Virus record (IMG/VR): IMGVR_UViG_3300032675_000001
Location: 186,001-250,000 of that record
Strand: one strand, 5' to 3'
Length of the DNA stretch: 64,000 nucleotides
Part shown: positions 52,987 through 62,686 of the stretch, piece after piece
How the letters are laid out: every line of letters starts with the position of its first letter
How positions within the stretch are numbered: the first letter of the stretch is position 1
The notes under the pieces: generated by a model
Told to the model about the DNA's origin: nothing
Databases searched by the model: none
Seen by the model: the letters and a program-made list of their open reading frames with translations, nothing else
Program-made: the position numbers and the translations under genes

Positions 52987-53596
52987 CAGTTCATATCCGA
53001 TAGAAAAGATTATCGCGTTCTGTGACGAAGCTATTGCAGACACCAGACCCGGCGCACAGAACATGAGTCCTATTGATTGGGAAAATAACCCATCTTCTTT
53101 TCTCTATCTTCTCTATTGTGAAAAACGATATGATGGAGAGGGAAATGGATATGTCATATGCGAAAAAGACGATAAGATTATTTGTGGTAGTGGCTTTTCG
53201 GCATCAGATATTGATGAAAAAATGACTCATCTAAGTTCACGAAGCTACACCATTCCCGGAATACGAGTTCCAAGGATACATGGAGCAATTCACGATTTTG
53301 CCGTGGATACCAGCATAGAGGCAGGTAGATATGGCGCGTTTTCATCATTAAATGAATACAACAAGAGATTTGTAGAAGGTTATTTGTATCTCAATGATCC
53401 AAAAAATCATAAACAATATCATGTTGTTGATGGAAAACATTATGCCAAACCGGGCGTAAGAATCCATCCTATGGAAGCCGCTGGTCCTTTGAGATTGAAA
53501 GGCACTAAACAGTGGATAACTTATATGATTTGGAATGAGTCACATCGTGACGTATTTCTGAGCACATTAACAAAGATAAAATGGGAAGAAACTTAA
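52964..53596 (+). CDS. Hypothetical protein
   Basis: 210-aa ORF. Confidence 0.6.
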   Translation: MIKLQKIDSSYPIEKIIAFCDEAIADTRPGAQNMSPIDWENNPSSFLYLLYCEKRYDGEGNGYVICEKDDKIICGSGFSASDIDEKMTHLSSRSYTIPGIRVPRIHGAIHDFAVDTSIEAGRYGAFSSLNEYNKRFVEGYLYLNDPKNHKQYHVVDGKHYAKPGVRIHPMEAAGPLRLKGTKQWITYMIWNESHRDVFLSTLTKIKWEET

Positions 53597-53706
53597 AAGT
53601 GCAAAGCTGATTATATATTTATAGATTTTGCTTGCACTAAGAGAGATTATAGACTACAAAGGAATCACGGTCTAAATATGTAGAAAGAAAGCAAACAGGA
53701 GATTTT

Positions 53707-54270
53707 ATGGCAATTCTAGCACTAGATATTTCAGGTGTCCCTCGGACGTGGGTCACCCACGACGAAGCAATTTCGTATTACGCGAAGGACCTCGTAGCCT
53801 GGACTCTCGGTGATGTAGTTGCCAAGTATCGTGGTGGTACTCGCCGTGACGGTTCGCAAAGTTACCTTGAAGCAGCAAGCATCATTGCTGTAAAGGGTCA
53901 TGGCTTTGACTTCAACAAGCACAACAAGGTTGTGTTGACGAACAAGACTTTGTTCGCACGTGACCGTAATGTGTGCGCTTACTGCGGTTCGCACTTCCAC
54001 AGTGTTAACTTGAGCCGTGATCACATCTACCCTAAGTTCTTGGGTGGTATTGATGAATGGACCAACGTAGTAACTGCATGTAAGGTCTGTAACCAAAAGA
54101 AGGGTTGCAAGACGTTGAAGGAAGCCCGTATGGAACTGCTTTACGTCCCTTATGAGCCAAACCACTTTGAGAATCTGATTCTCCAGAATCGCAACATCCT
54201 TGCGGATCAGATGGAATATCTGTTGTCGGGTGTTCCGAAGCACAGTCGAATTATTGATATGGCAGCATAG
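53707..54270 (+). CDS. HNH endonuclease (McrA/HNH_5-like)
   Basis: LFARD..CAYCG, DHI.P..GG..W.NVVTACK.CN..K. Confidence 0.88.
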   Translation: MAILALDISGVPRTWVTHDEAISYYAKDLVAWTLGDVVAKYRGGTRRDGSQSYLEAASIIAVKGHGFDFNKHNKVVLTNKTLFARDRNVCAYCGSHFHSVNLSRDHIYPKFLGGIDEWTNVVTACKVCNQKKGCKTLKEARMELLYVPYEPNHFENLILQNRNILADQMEYLLSGVPKHSRIIDMAA

Positions 54271-54320
54271 AAAAATAATTCGACTCTGCTTTCAACCATT
54301 AAATATTATTAAGTTATCAT

Positions 54321-54396
54321 TCCTCAGTAGCACAGTGGTAGTTGCATCGGTCTGTTAAACCGAATGTCGTTGGTTCGAGTCCAACCTGAGGAGCCA
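54321..54396 (+). tRNA. trnN: tRNA-Asn(GTT), second copy
   Basis: TCGGT-CTGTTAA-ACCGA. Confidence 0.92.
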
Positions 54397-54456
54397 ATTT
54401 AAAACCTCTAACCTGCAAAACTTTGATAAATATATTTGCAGGTTAGAGGTTATATT

Positions 54457-55029
54457 ATGAGTTACATGTCGGATAATGTAAAACGTTGGCGAGACAGAAC
54501 CAAATCTAGAATGGTTGAATCAATGGGTGGTAAATGTCAGTGTTGCGGCTATGATACACATACCGCTGCTTTAGCATTCCACCATATTGATCCCAGTCAG
54601 AAGGACATTAAATTTGGGGACGCAAGAGCGAACCCTAGTTCTTGGTCTAAGATCGTAGCTGAACTTAAAAAATGTATTTTGGTATGTCACAATTGTCATA
54701 GTGAAATACATGCTGGAGTTAGAGCAATTCCGGACTCATTTGCTACTTTTAATGAAGACTTTGCTGACTTCAAAAAAGTATCTGATTATGATTCGTGTCC
54801 GGTATGCAGTAAACAAAAACCAGTAGGACAAAAGTTTTGTAGTCATACTTGCGCTCAGCGCAACAGCCGAAAGGTAGATTGGGATAGTATTGACTTGATT
54901 GCGTTGCTTGACAAGCATGGAATTAGAGAACTAGAAAATATGCTAGGAGTTTCTAATGCGGCTATATACAAGCGGAGAGACAAAATATTACGCTCTAAAA
55001 GCATTGCTGGCGATGCGCCGGATTTGTAA
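54457..55029 (+). mobile_element. HNH homing endonuclease whose 3' end overlaps tRNA-Thr(TGT)
   Basis: CQCCG, FHH.DP, C.LVCHNCH.EIH. Confidence 0.8.
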
Positions 55030-55067
55030 CCCGGAGATAGTGAGTTCGATTCTCGCTTAGAGCACCA
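54992..55067 (+). tRNA. trnT: tRNA-Thr(TGT)
   Basis: CCGGA-TTTGTAA-CCCGG. Confidence 0.87.
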
Positions 55068-55123
55068 TTTTTATCCCAAGATTGCACTAAATAAAGTGTG
55101 AGAATCAGTAAAGGAGAACTGAA

Positions 55124-55486
55124 ATGGGAATGTTAGATAAGATTGCACCTTGGGTGCAAAAGGCGGAAGAAGAAGTTATTCATCTTGAGCAGGTTATTGT
55201 TCAGGACGCAAAGTATCTTTATGAAAAGGCACACCAAGAAGCACTAGCTGCCAATCAGGAAGTTGTTCGTCTTAAGGGGCTTTTGCAGGATGCACTTGTC
55301 AAGTCACGCGATTTGCATCAGGTAGCAATCAATGCTGCTCAGGAAGCAGGAAAAGTGGCAGAAGCAGAGTTCAACAAACTCAAGCAAGCTGTAGCCGCAC
55401 ATACGGCAGATTTCAACACTCAGCATAGTCAGATTGTTGGTTCTAATCCACCGGCACCAAGCAATACTCCTGAACAAAGTTCTTGA
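55124..55486 (+). CDS. Hypothetical coiled-coil protein
   Basis: TAAATA and AAGGAG upstream. Confidence 0.65.
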   Translation: MGMLDKIAPWVQKAEEEVIHLEQVIVQDAKYLYEKAHQEALAANQEVVRLKGLLQDALVKSRDLHQVAINAAQEAGKVAEAEFNKLKQAVAAHTADFNTQHSQIVGSNPPAPSNTPEQSS

Positions 55487-55530
55487 CATTAGCATCAAAC
55501 CTGCTATACTGAGGGCATGTTAAAGAGAAT

Positions 55531-55608
55531 GGTGCCATAGCTCAGTTGGAGTAGAGCACGAGCCTTCTAAGCTTGGGGTCGTAGGTTCGAGTCCTACTGG
55601 CATCGCCA
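55531..55608 (+). tRNA. trnR: tRNA-Arg(TCT)
   Basis: CGAGC-CTTCTAA-GCTTG. Confidence 0.92.
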
Positions 55609-55652
55609 CTCTTTTTGTTTGATAGAGATTTTACGATATAAATAGTTTTAAT

Positions 55653-55727
55653 GGGGCCTTAGTGCTAACGGGAACACGGTAGCTTTGCAAGCTTCAATTA
55701 AGGGTTCGATTCCCTTAGGCTCCACCA
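55653..55727 (+). tRNA. trnA: tRNA-Ala(TGC)
   Basis: G3:U70; loop TTTGCAA. Confidence 0.88.
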
Positions 55728-55828
55728 AGTTTAAGAAATCTCCCTTGAGGGGATCAGGTTGTGGATGTCTTAGGTGGCATCGGATATGCGGCAGGACACG
55801 AGAAGCCAGTATATCATGAAGTTTATAA

Positions 55829-55905
<77 letters not shown>

Positions 55906-55913
55906 GTTTACAT

Positions 55914-55988
55914 GCCGGGTTAGCTCAGTGGTAGAGCACCGCCTTTACACGGCGATTGCCGGGGGTTCAAATCCCTCACCCGGTACCA
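55914..55988 (+). tRNA. trnV: tRNA-Val(TAC)
   Basis: CGCC-TTTACAC-GGCG. Confidence 0.9.
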
Positions 55989-56066
55989 TATTCATGAAAA
56001 ACTACAGGTTATATATCTGTAGTTTTTCTTTTTGTGATAAATATATAACTATTCTTTACGGAAGAA

Positions 56067-56480
56067 TTGGAAGAAAGGTTTTATGAGTTGGCACAAGTTA
56101 ATAAACATATCCTCGTTACAGGATACCTAGCAGACGCCCCTGAGGCAGAATACGTTACTTTTCTAGCAGACTGGTTCAAACGCTTAGTTGAAGCAGTTGA
56201 CATGAAGGTCCTTATTGAACCTATTTGTGTTTGGTGCGATGATGAAGGTAACGAAGGCGTAACGGGGATGGTAGGAATAACTACTAGCCATTCATCAATT
56301 CATTTTTGGTCTGGTGAGCCATCGTATTACAAGTTTGATCTGTATTCGTGCAAGGATTTCTCACTTGACGCAGTAGCAGGTATGCTCAAGGAACTTGGCA
56401 CACATAAATTCACCTACACCGTAGTTGATCGCACAGATGATGAACATCCTGTGATTGATAGTGGTGTTGTCACTTTCTAA
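56067..56480 (+). CDS. speD: S-adenosylmethionine decarboxylase proenzyme-like protein (start uncertain, possibly TTG 56088)
   Basis: GVTG...ITTSHSSIHFW...DLYSCKDF. Confidence 0.75.
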   Translation: MEERFYELAQVNKHILVTGYLADAPEAEYVTFLADWFKRLVEAVDMKVLIEPICVWCDDEGNEGVTGMVGITTSHSSIHFWSGEPSYYKFDLYSCKDFSLDAVAGMLKELGTHKFTYTVVDRTDDEHPVIDSGVVTF

Positions 56481-56618
56481 ATAACGAGGTTGGAGTTCCC
56501 GTGACTCCGTTGGTACCTGAGGACAAAGAGGAAAATAACACTAGTTTTCTCTCCTGCTGGGCCAGAATAAAATTGCGGGCGGATACGGAGAGAGTTGTGT
56601 TAACTCTCTCCCCGACAT

Positions 56619-56693
56619 GCAGGTGTGATGTCAACGGTAGCATGACGGTCTCCAAAACCGTTCGTCTGGGTTCGAATCCTAGCACCTGTGCCA
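56619..56693 (+). tRNA. trnW: tRNA-Trp(CCA)
   Basis: ACGGT-CTCCAAA-ACCGT. Confidence 0.92.
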
Positions 56694-56702
56694 AACTTTC
56701 TG

Positions 56703-56787
56703 AAAATAGTTCTTGACAATACCCCAACAATGTCATATAACGATAAGACAGAGAGCGTAAAACGCTCTCTAGTTCTTTGACATTGTT
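56703..56787 (+). promoter_or_regulatory. Second rrn-like promoter with boxB hairpin and boxA
   Basis: AAAATAGTTCTTGACA...CATATAA; AGAGAGCGT/ACGCTCTCT; GTTCTTTGACATTGTT. Confidence 0.7.
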
Positions 56788-56801
56788 AGAAAGTTTAATG
56801 T

Positions 56802-56885
56802 GCGGGCTTGGCGTAATTGGTAGCCGCAAGGGACTTAAAATCCCTCGATTTATTCGTACCGGTTCGAGTCCGGTAGCCCGTACCA
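56802..56885 (+). tRNA. trnL: tRNA-Leu(TAA)
   Basis: AGGGA-CTTAAAA-TCCCT. Confidence 0.92.
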
Positions 56886-56897
56886 AACATATTTTAG

Positions 56898-57056
56898 ACT
56901 TGTTACGCTATTACTGCAGTCTACGGTTGCAAACGTTGAAAGTAGATGTAGTATAATCCGGTAGTACGCTGCCCGACGATAGCCGTTAAAGGTGACAATA
57001 GGGCGGAGGTTTTGGTTCAAATCCAAACCCTACATTGCAGTAATAGCGTAACAAGT
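56898..57056 (+). ncRNA. tRNA-like core enclosed in a 21-23 bp stem
   Basis: ACTTGTTACGCTATTACTGCA and its exact complement; D-like arm; T arm TTTGG-TTCAAAT-CCAAA. Confidence 0.65.
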
Positions 57057-57147
57057 TTAATACATTCAATACACAGAAAAAAACGGCTAAAATCCACCGG
57101 ACTGATAAACCGGAATCCTTCTGTGTATTGGATATTGATAGTATAAT

Positions 57148-57225
57148 GGAGCATACGGCTAACAGGATGGGTCACCTGATTTTCAGTCAGGAATAAAGTC
57201 GGTTCGAGTCCGACATGCTTCACCA
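57148..57225 (+). tRNA. trnE: tRNA-Glu(TTC), atypical D region
   Basis: CCTGA-TTTTCAG-TCAGG. Confidence 0.78.
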
Positions 57226-57231
57226 TTTAAT

Positions 57232-57308
57232 GGCCCCATAGATTACGCTGGCTAGATCACTGCCCTTTCAAGGCGGAGGAACGGGATCGACACCCGTTGG
57301 GGTCACCA
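57232..57308 (+). tRNA. trnE: tRNA-Glu(TTC)
   Basis: CTGCC-CTTTCAA-GGCGG. Confidence 0.85.
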
Positions 57309-57342
57309 TTTATACATTATAGTATAACAAATCTTATTAAAT

Positions 57343-57417
57343 GGCCCCTTCGTCTATCGGATAGGACACAAGGTTCTCATCCTTGAAAGAGGAGTTCAAT
57401 TCTCCTAGGGGTCACCA
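57343..57417 (+). tRNA. trnE: tRNA-Glu(CTC)
   Basis: CAAGG-TTCTCAT-CCTTG. Confidence 0.9.
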
Positions 57418-57426
57418 TTTATACAT

Positions 57427-57502
57427 TGCCCGATAGATCAATTGGCAGATCGTCTGACTCTGACTCAGAAGGTTCTAGGTTCGACCCCTAGTCGGGCATC
57501 CA
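57427..57502 (+). tRNA. trnQ: tRNA-Gln(CTG)
   Basis: TCTGA-CTCTGAC-TCAGA. Confidence 0.9.
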
Positions 57503-57526
57503 AGTTTAACAACATAGGAGCATAAT

Positions 57527-57757
57527 GTGAACAACATCATTACTGTAGACTTTAGTAAGAGGAATGTGATCGGACGACAGGTAAATCCATCAATAGGAGA
57601 TGGGCTGACTGCTTATCTAGATAGTCTACGGCAATCTGGTTTGGATGAAGATGATGTTTTGGACACACTTGATGCTATCAATGATGTGAACACGTATTTG
57701 AATGCTGATCCAGAAGTTCAATCATTTGCTGATGGATGGCTAGAGAAGTTTCTGTGA
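57527..57757 (+). CDS. Hypothetical protein
   Basis: AGGAG RBS, GTG start. Confidence 0.6.
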   Translation: MNNIITVDFSKRNVIGRQVNPSIGDGLTAYLDSLRQSGLDEDDVLDTLDAINDVNTYLNADPEVQSFADGWLEKFL

Positions 57758-57820
57758 GTTAATGGGGAAGTAGATTTCATATCTGACTTACAAATGATAA
57801 ATACATTTGAGGAGTTAGAT

Positions 57821-58246
57821 ATGAAACAGAATCATAAAGACAAATTTACTGATGAGGAGTTAATCGCTCAATATAACTTGACACCTGTTCTTAGTAAGAT
57901 TTCAAGCCATTTTAATGTTCCTGATGTCACCGTGTGGCGAAGAGCAAAAAAGTTAGGTCTTGAGTTTTCTGGCAGTGGTAAAGGGGCGATGATTCCTACG
58001 GCAGAGATATTAGAAGGAAAGCATCCTCAATATCAAACTAATAAATTAAGAAAACGCCTTCTAAAAGAAGGTATCAAGGAAGACAAATGTGAAGAATGTG
58101 GAATCACTTGCTATAACAATAAACCCATCGTTATGCATCTTGATCACATTGATGGGAATAGCAGAAATCATAATTTAAATAATCTAAGATTGCTATGTCC
58201 AAATTGTCATTCCCAAACTGATACTTGGTGCGGAAAGAACAAATAA
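57821..58246 (+). mobile_element. HNH homing endonuclease
   Basis: CEECG, HLDHIDGN..N..L.NLRLLCPNCHSQT. Confidence 0.88.
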
Positions 58247-58254
58247 AATTTATT

Positions 58255-58339
58255 GGGGAGGTAAAGCCGATAGTTTCGGCAGTCGGTCTGTAAAACCGAC
58301 CTGTAAAAGGGAGTGGAGCGTAACCACACCTCCCCACCA
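58255..58339 (+). tRNA. trnY: tRNA-Tyr(GTA), atypical 8/4 fold with non-canonical T loop
   Basis: GGGGAGGT/ACCTCCCC; GTCGGT-CTGTAAA-ACCGAC; GTGG-AGCGTAA-CCAC. Confidence 0.75.
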
Positions 58340-58444
58340 AAAAAAATGAAAAAAACGAAAAAAAGTTATTGACAGCGATCTTGGTTTGAATTAATAGAGG
58401 TTCATCAGCGAGACACGGTGTTTCGCGAAACACGGAGACGTAAA

Positions 58445-58651
58445 ATGAATATCGGTGAAATGTATACCTTCAAGCGCGCTGCTGGTCGTGGTCGTCCCTT
58501 CGTTGGTGAAGTGGTTCGCAAGGCTGGCCTCTTCACTTACATGAAGATGAAGGATGGTACCACTGTTGCAGTGTACACCAATCGTGTCCTCAACAAGTAC
58601 GAATTCAAGCCTTACAACACCAAGGCTCGTCGTGAACTGGTGAGCGAATAA
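58445..58651 (+). CDS. Small basic hypothetical protein
   Basis: Promoter at 58368; GGAG RBS; hairpin terminator at about 58670-58707. Confidence 0.65.
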   Translation: MNIGEMYTFKRAAGRGRPFVGEVVRKAGLFTYMKMKDGTTVAVYTNRVLNKYEFKPYNTKARRELVSE

Positions 58652-58715
58652 TAAACATCTTCCTGATGGGATTATGGTCTCGGGTTATTCCGGGACCATA
58701 ATCTTTTGATATAAT

Positions 58716-58792
58716 GCTCCTGTAGCTCAATTGGTCAGAGCTGTCCGCTCATAACGGATAGGTTGGGAGTTCAAGTCTCTCCGGGAGCACCA
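58716..58792 (+). tRNA. tRNA(CAT), Ile2- or Met-type
   Basis: GTCCG-CTCATAA-CGGAT. Confidence 0.88.
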
Positions 58793-58798
58793 AATTAT

Positions 58799-58830
58799 GC
58801 TGATATAACACAGCGGTTTTATCAGCACCA
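58799..58830 (+). pseudogene. Internally deleted tRNA (Thr-like acceptor minihelix)
   Basis: GCTGATA-TAACACAGCGGTTT-TATCAGC-ACCA. Confidence 0.65.
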
Positions 58831-58848
58831 TTTCTGATAAATAATTAT

Positions 58849-59211
58849 GTGAAACTACTGAGAATCTTGTTACCTATCATGGTATTAATTCCTAGTCCGG
58901 CACTGGCGGCTGATCCTTCATGGGAAGAGATTAAACGCCTTGAAATTACATATGATGTATTAAATGTCGCAGACTTAGTAGAAACTGAAAGTTGTTTACA
59001 TGCTCATACCTGCGTAGAAGGCAATCCTATATTAGGACATCATCCTAGTCTAGGCAAACTTCTTGTAGCAAAAATAGCATTTTCTGGTGTGCATTATTAT
59101 GCATCCAGAGAGATTTTTGAAAAACATATCAAACTAATTAGGGGATTTGAGTATGCTAGTATTGCCATTCAAGGTGGCGTAGTTGTAGCAAATCTCCGTA
59201 TTGTTTTATAA
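58849..59211 (+). CDS. Hypothetical protein with signal peptide
   Basis: Hydrophobic N-terminus ending ALA; TAAATA upstream. Confidence 0.6.
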   Translation: MKLLRILLPIMVLIPSPALAADPSWEEIKRLEITYDVLNVADLVETESCLHAHTCVEGNPILGHHPSLGKLLVAKIAFSGVHYYASREIFEKHIKLIRGFEYASIAIQGGVVVANLRIVL

Positions 59212-59482
59212 TACATGACAGTATAGCTTATATGGGATAGGTCGTAAGTTCGAGTCTTCCCGAAAGCACCATTTTAAAGAATGCGACAGCCCTCTATACC
59301 CATGAACCCAGTCGCGAGGGTAGGTAATGACATGGTGATAGTGCATCAACTGCGAGGGACTAGGGGTGGAGATTGAACCCTAATCTGGGTGGGAGTCCCG
59401 GAAACAAAAATATTAAATGGTTAAATGCATTTATTTGATGTTCTTATGCGATGAAGCATAAATAGTAGTAGGAGATACTACT

Positions 59483-59983
59483 ATGAAATGTCTATATTGT
59501 GATAGAGAAATAGCAAACAAAGGGTCATTGACTGCCCACCAAATGAGTTGCCACAAAAACCCTAATAGGGTGATACATAAACGTTCACCACTTGCCGGGC
59601 ATAAAAAAGGGAATCCATCCCGATTAAAAGGAATAAAAAAGACAGATGAAGTGATCGCTAGAACCATTGCTATAGTAGAGTCTGGCGGACTACCATTACT
59701 TTCTGAAGTTTCCAGCCGCAAACATGCAAAGAGATATTTAATACATACGAAGGGTCACAAATGTAGTGTATGTGAAATAACTGAATGGATGGGTAAACCA
59801 GTTCCTTTAGTTTGTGACCATATATCTGGTGATAGTACTGACAATAGAATTGAAAACTTTAGATTAGTTTGTTGCAACTGTGATGCTCAACTTCCGACAT
59901 TTAAGAGTAAGAACAGAGGCAACGGAAGATATTATGATAGAGAATATAGACAGAAAAAATCTGCAGAGAGAACTAACACATAA
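59483..59983 (+). mobile_element. HNH homing endonuclease with N-terminal zinc finger
   Basis: CLYC...H...C; CSVC; DHISGD..DN...N.RLVCCNC. Confidence 0.85.
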
Positions 59984-59993
59984 ATACAAATAT

Positions 59994-60083
<90 letters not shown>

Positions 60084-60104
60084 ACCCGAGCAACGGAAGC
60101 CCCC

Positions 60105-61169
60105 ATGTCAACAGTATTGTTCATTTTAAAGAGAAAAGACAACTATAACCACGAGCGTGATGGTAGACATGTTGGCTTAAGTACAGGGTTATTTAACTCT
60201 GCATCTTTTGTGAGCGATATGCTTAATGATGTGGGTATTGATGCTGCGATGGAAGTCGCAGTTGATAACAACTGCATTGATAGGCTTGTGTCAAAGCACA
60301 AGCCAAAGTTTGTAATAATTGAAGCACTCTGGGTAGTCCCACAAAAGTTTGAAATCCTTCAAAAGTTACATCCTGATGTGATTTGGATTCTTCGTCTTCA
60401 CAGTGAAATGCCTTTTATGGCAGGTGAAGGAATGGCGATGAACTGGATTGGTGAATACTCCAACATTCGCAATATGCTTATTTCGGTGAATGCGCCTCGT
60501 ATGCTTAGAGAAGTAAAAGTATTCTTGAAGGCAATGCATCACTGGACAGACAAGCAAGTGAATAACAAGGTCCTTTATCTTCCAAACTTCTATCCTCAGG
60601 ATTATGCAAAGCCAAAGAAGATTGATCATTCAAGTCATTTCATTGACATCGGTTGCTTTGGTGCCATTCGTCCATTGAAGAATCATATGGTTCAGGCAGT
60701 TGCTGCAGTAGATTTTGCAGAAAAGCTTGGTAAGAGAGTCCGGTTTCATATCAACTCTGGTCGTATTGAAATGAAGGGTCAGCCAGTTGCTCATAACCTT
60801 GAACATTTCTTTGCTCATTTGTATGATCGTGGTCACAGACTGATAAATCATACTTGGGCACCTAGAGAAGAGTTTTTGAAAGTATGCGCTCAGATGGATA
60901 TCGGAATGCAGTGCAACTTTTCTGAAACCTTTAATATTGTTGGTGCTGATTTGATTAGTCAGGGTGTTCCTCTTATCGGAACATCTGAGATTCCTTGGTT
61001 GGCAGCAGGTAAGGCAAATGCGACAAATAGCGCAGATATTGCACATGCTTTGGAACATGCTTATCGTTTCTCATGGTTGAACGTGAAACTCAATCAGTGG
61101 ACTTTGACTAAATACACTAAGAAAACTTCCAAGATTTGGAAGAAGGTATTTAAAAAGTTAGGAGCATAA
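60105..61169 (+). CDS. Glycosyltransferase, GT-B/GT4-like
   Basis: FGAIRPLKN; SETFNIVGAD...GVPLIG. Confidence 0.75.
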   Translation: MSTVLFILKRKDNYNHERDGRHVGLSTGLFNSASFVSDMLNDVGIDAAMEVAVDNNCIDRLVSKHKPKFVIIEALWVVPQKFEILQKLHPDVIWILRLHSEMPFMAGEGMAMNWIGEYSNIRNMLISVNAPRMLREVKVFLKAMHHWTDKQVNNKVLYLPNFYPQDYAKPKKIDHSSHFIDIGCFGAIRPLKNHMVQAVAAVDFAEKLGKRVRFHINSGRIEMKGQPVAHNLEHFFAHLYDRGHRLINHTWAPREEFLKVCAQMDIGMQCNFSETFNIVGADLISQGVPLIGTSEIPWLAAGKANATNSADIAHALEHAYRFSWLNVKLNQWTLTKYTKKTSKIWKKVFKKLGA

Positions 61170-61170
61170 C

Positions 61171-61383
61171 ATGTATAACAGACATACTTACAGGGTCCGT
61201 ATTCACGGATGGGAAGGCGGAGAACTTGTGGTTGGTGTTCTCACGTTTGCAACAAGAGAAGAAGCATTTTCCTTTGCTACTGAAAAGAGCAATACCTACG
61301 GTCATTTGGTAAAAATCTACAATGAGTTTAATGAACTCATTCATGAAATTGCAGCGTTAGTAGATCAACCTACATACGCATAA
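61171..61383 (+). CDS. Hypothetical protein
   Basis: AGGAG RBS. Confidence 0.6.
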   Translation: MYNRHTYRVRIHGWEGGELVVGVLTFATREEAFSFATEKSNTYGHLVKIYNEFNELIHEIAALVDQPTYA

Positions 61384-61390
61384 CGAATAT

Positions 61391-61482
61391 GGAGAGTTGG
61401 GTGAGTGGCTTAAACCATCTTCCTGCTAAGAAGGCGTACTGAGAAATCGGTACCGAGGGTTCGAATCCCTCACTCTCCGCCA
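61391..61482 (+). tRNA. trnS: tRNA-Ser(GCT)
   Basis: TCTTC-CTGCTAA-GAAGG. Confidence 0.93.
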
Positions 61483-61561
61483 AATTTTTTAAAAATAATA
61501 GTTGACATTTGTTCTGCTCTCGCTTATAGAGAGTTATCAAACGAACAAATGGAGTTACGAA

Positions 61562-61750
61562 ATGTTTATTACCCTGAATGCTGTGGCCACAGACAGGCCC
61601 GTCATCGTCAACACTGCTTATATTCTCGGTGTTGTTCAAGACGGCGATGACGTTTGGGTGTCCAGTAAAGGTCAGGATGCGTTCAAGGTGTCTGAAACGA
61701 TTGATCAGATTGAACGTATGCTGATGCGGGCAGAGTTGCTCGTCATTTAA
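61562..61750 (+). CDS. Small protein, FlbD/SwrD-like pattern
   Basis: FITL..PVIVN..I..V...VSETIDQI; promoter at 61502. Confidence 0.5.
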   Translation: MFITLNAVATDRPVIVNTAYILGVVQDGDDVWVSSKGQDAFKVSETIDQIERMLMRAELLVI

Positions 61751-61761
61751 TAAAGTTTAAT

Positions 61762-61839
61762 GCGTCGGTGGCAGAGTGGCCCAATGCAAGTGCCTGCAAA
61801 GCACTAAAGCCGCGTGTTCGAATCACGCCCGACGCTCCA
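61762..61839 (+). tRNA. trnC: tRNA-Cys(GCA)
   Basis: AGTGC-CTGCAAA-GCACT; U73. Confidence 0.92.
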
Positions 61840-61846
61840 TTTTAGC

Positions 61847-62104
61847 TTCACGGTTTACCGAGGGGCAGGAAGAGCCTACATCAATCTTGCGGAGTATCTG
61901 AAAAGTCTGATGCAACTTACATCGGAAACTCTCAGAACAGAAACAAGATCATGATAACACCACTCAACGATGTGGTAGGTACTATAGTTGTAGTCCGAGA
62001 AAAAGCCGAGACTTTGAGGTAGAGGAAGAAGTTCCCGAGCCAAAGAGTCGGAGCAAGTATCCCGCTATAGTGGAGAGTTTTCCTGTCACGCGGTAAGCCG
62101 TGAA
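61847..62104 (+). ncRNA. Unassigned structured RNA of about 260 nt
   Basis: TTCACGGTTTACCG/CGGTAAGCCGTGAA closing stem and inner GGCAGGAAGA/TTTTCCTGTC stem; no ORF. Confidence 0.55.
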
Positions 62105-62108
62105 TAAT

Positions 62109-62183
62109 GCGAGTGTAGCTCAGTGGAAGAGCACCGTGCTGATAACGCGGTGGTCGGTAGTTCGATCCTACCCACTCGCACCA
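62109..62183 (+). tRNA. trnI: tRNA-Ile(GAT)
   Basis: CCGTG-CTGATAA-CGCGG. Confidence 0.92.
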
Positions 62184-62188
62184 TACTT

Positions 62189-62265
62189 GGACCCGTAGCT
62201 CAATAGGTTAGAGCAGGCGACTTTTAATCGAAAGGTTCCCGGTTCAAGTCCGGGCGGGTCTACCA
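62189..62265 (+). tRNA. trnK: tRNA-Lys(TTT)
   Basis: CGA-CTTTTAA-TCG. Confidence 0.88.
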
Positions 62266-62287
62266 AATACACAGAAAGGAGAAGGCA

Positions 62288-62662
62288 ATGGGCTGGTACG
62301 ATGTACACGTAGACGTTAATGATATGATTGGTAAGACCTTCTCTAAAATTACTTCTGATGGCTGGACTGTAGATTTTGAAAATGATGAAGTGCGTTATAC
62401 ACTTTACCATAATCAGGATTGTTGTGAAGACGTAAGAGTAGAAGATGTAATTGGTGATTTGGAAGACTTAGTGGGCTGGCCAATATTGATTGCCAGAGAA
62501 GATTCTAATGCAGATGATCCTGGGACATGCAATAGCGAAAGTTATACATGGACTTTCTACAACTTCGCTACCTTCAAGGGGTACGTGACTATACGTTTTT
62601 TGGGTGAGTCCAACGGTTACTATAGTGAAGAAGTTTCGTGTAAAAAAGAAGTACTGAAATAG
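62288..62662 (+). CDS. Conserved phage hypothetical protein
   Basis: H.QDCCE.V, TWTFY, GESNGYYSE. Confidence 0.75.
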   Translation: MGWYDVHVDVNDMIGKTFSKITSDGWTVDFENDEVRYTLYHNQDCCEDVRVEDVIGDLEDLVGWPILIAREDSNADDPGTCNSESYTWTFYNFATFKGYVTIRFLGESNGYYSEEVSCKKEVLK

Positions 62663-62686
62663 TGCTTCTTTTTGCATAAATACTTA

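Noticed and set aside
59218-59271. Additional tRNA
   Set aside because: Only a T-loop-like GTTCGAGTC and an ACCA end remain, with no complete cloverleaf. It is likely a remnant.
61847-62104. RNase P RNA
   Set aside because: It contains ACAGAAAC and AGCAAG, but I could not find the GAAAGTCC / P4 consensus.
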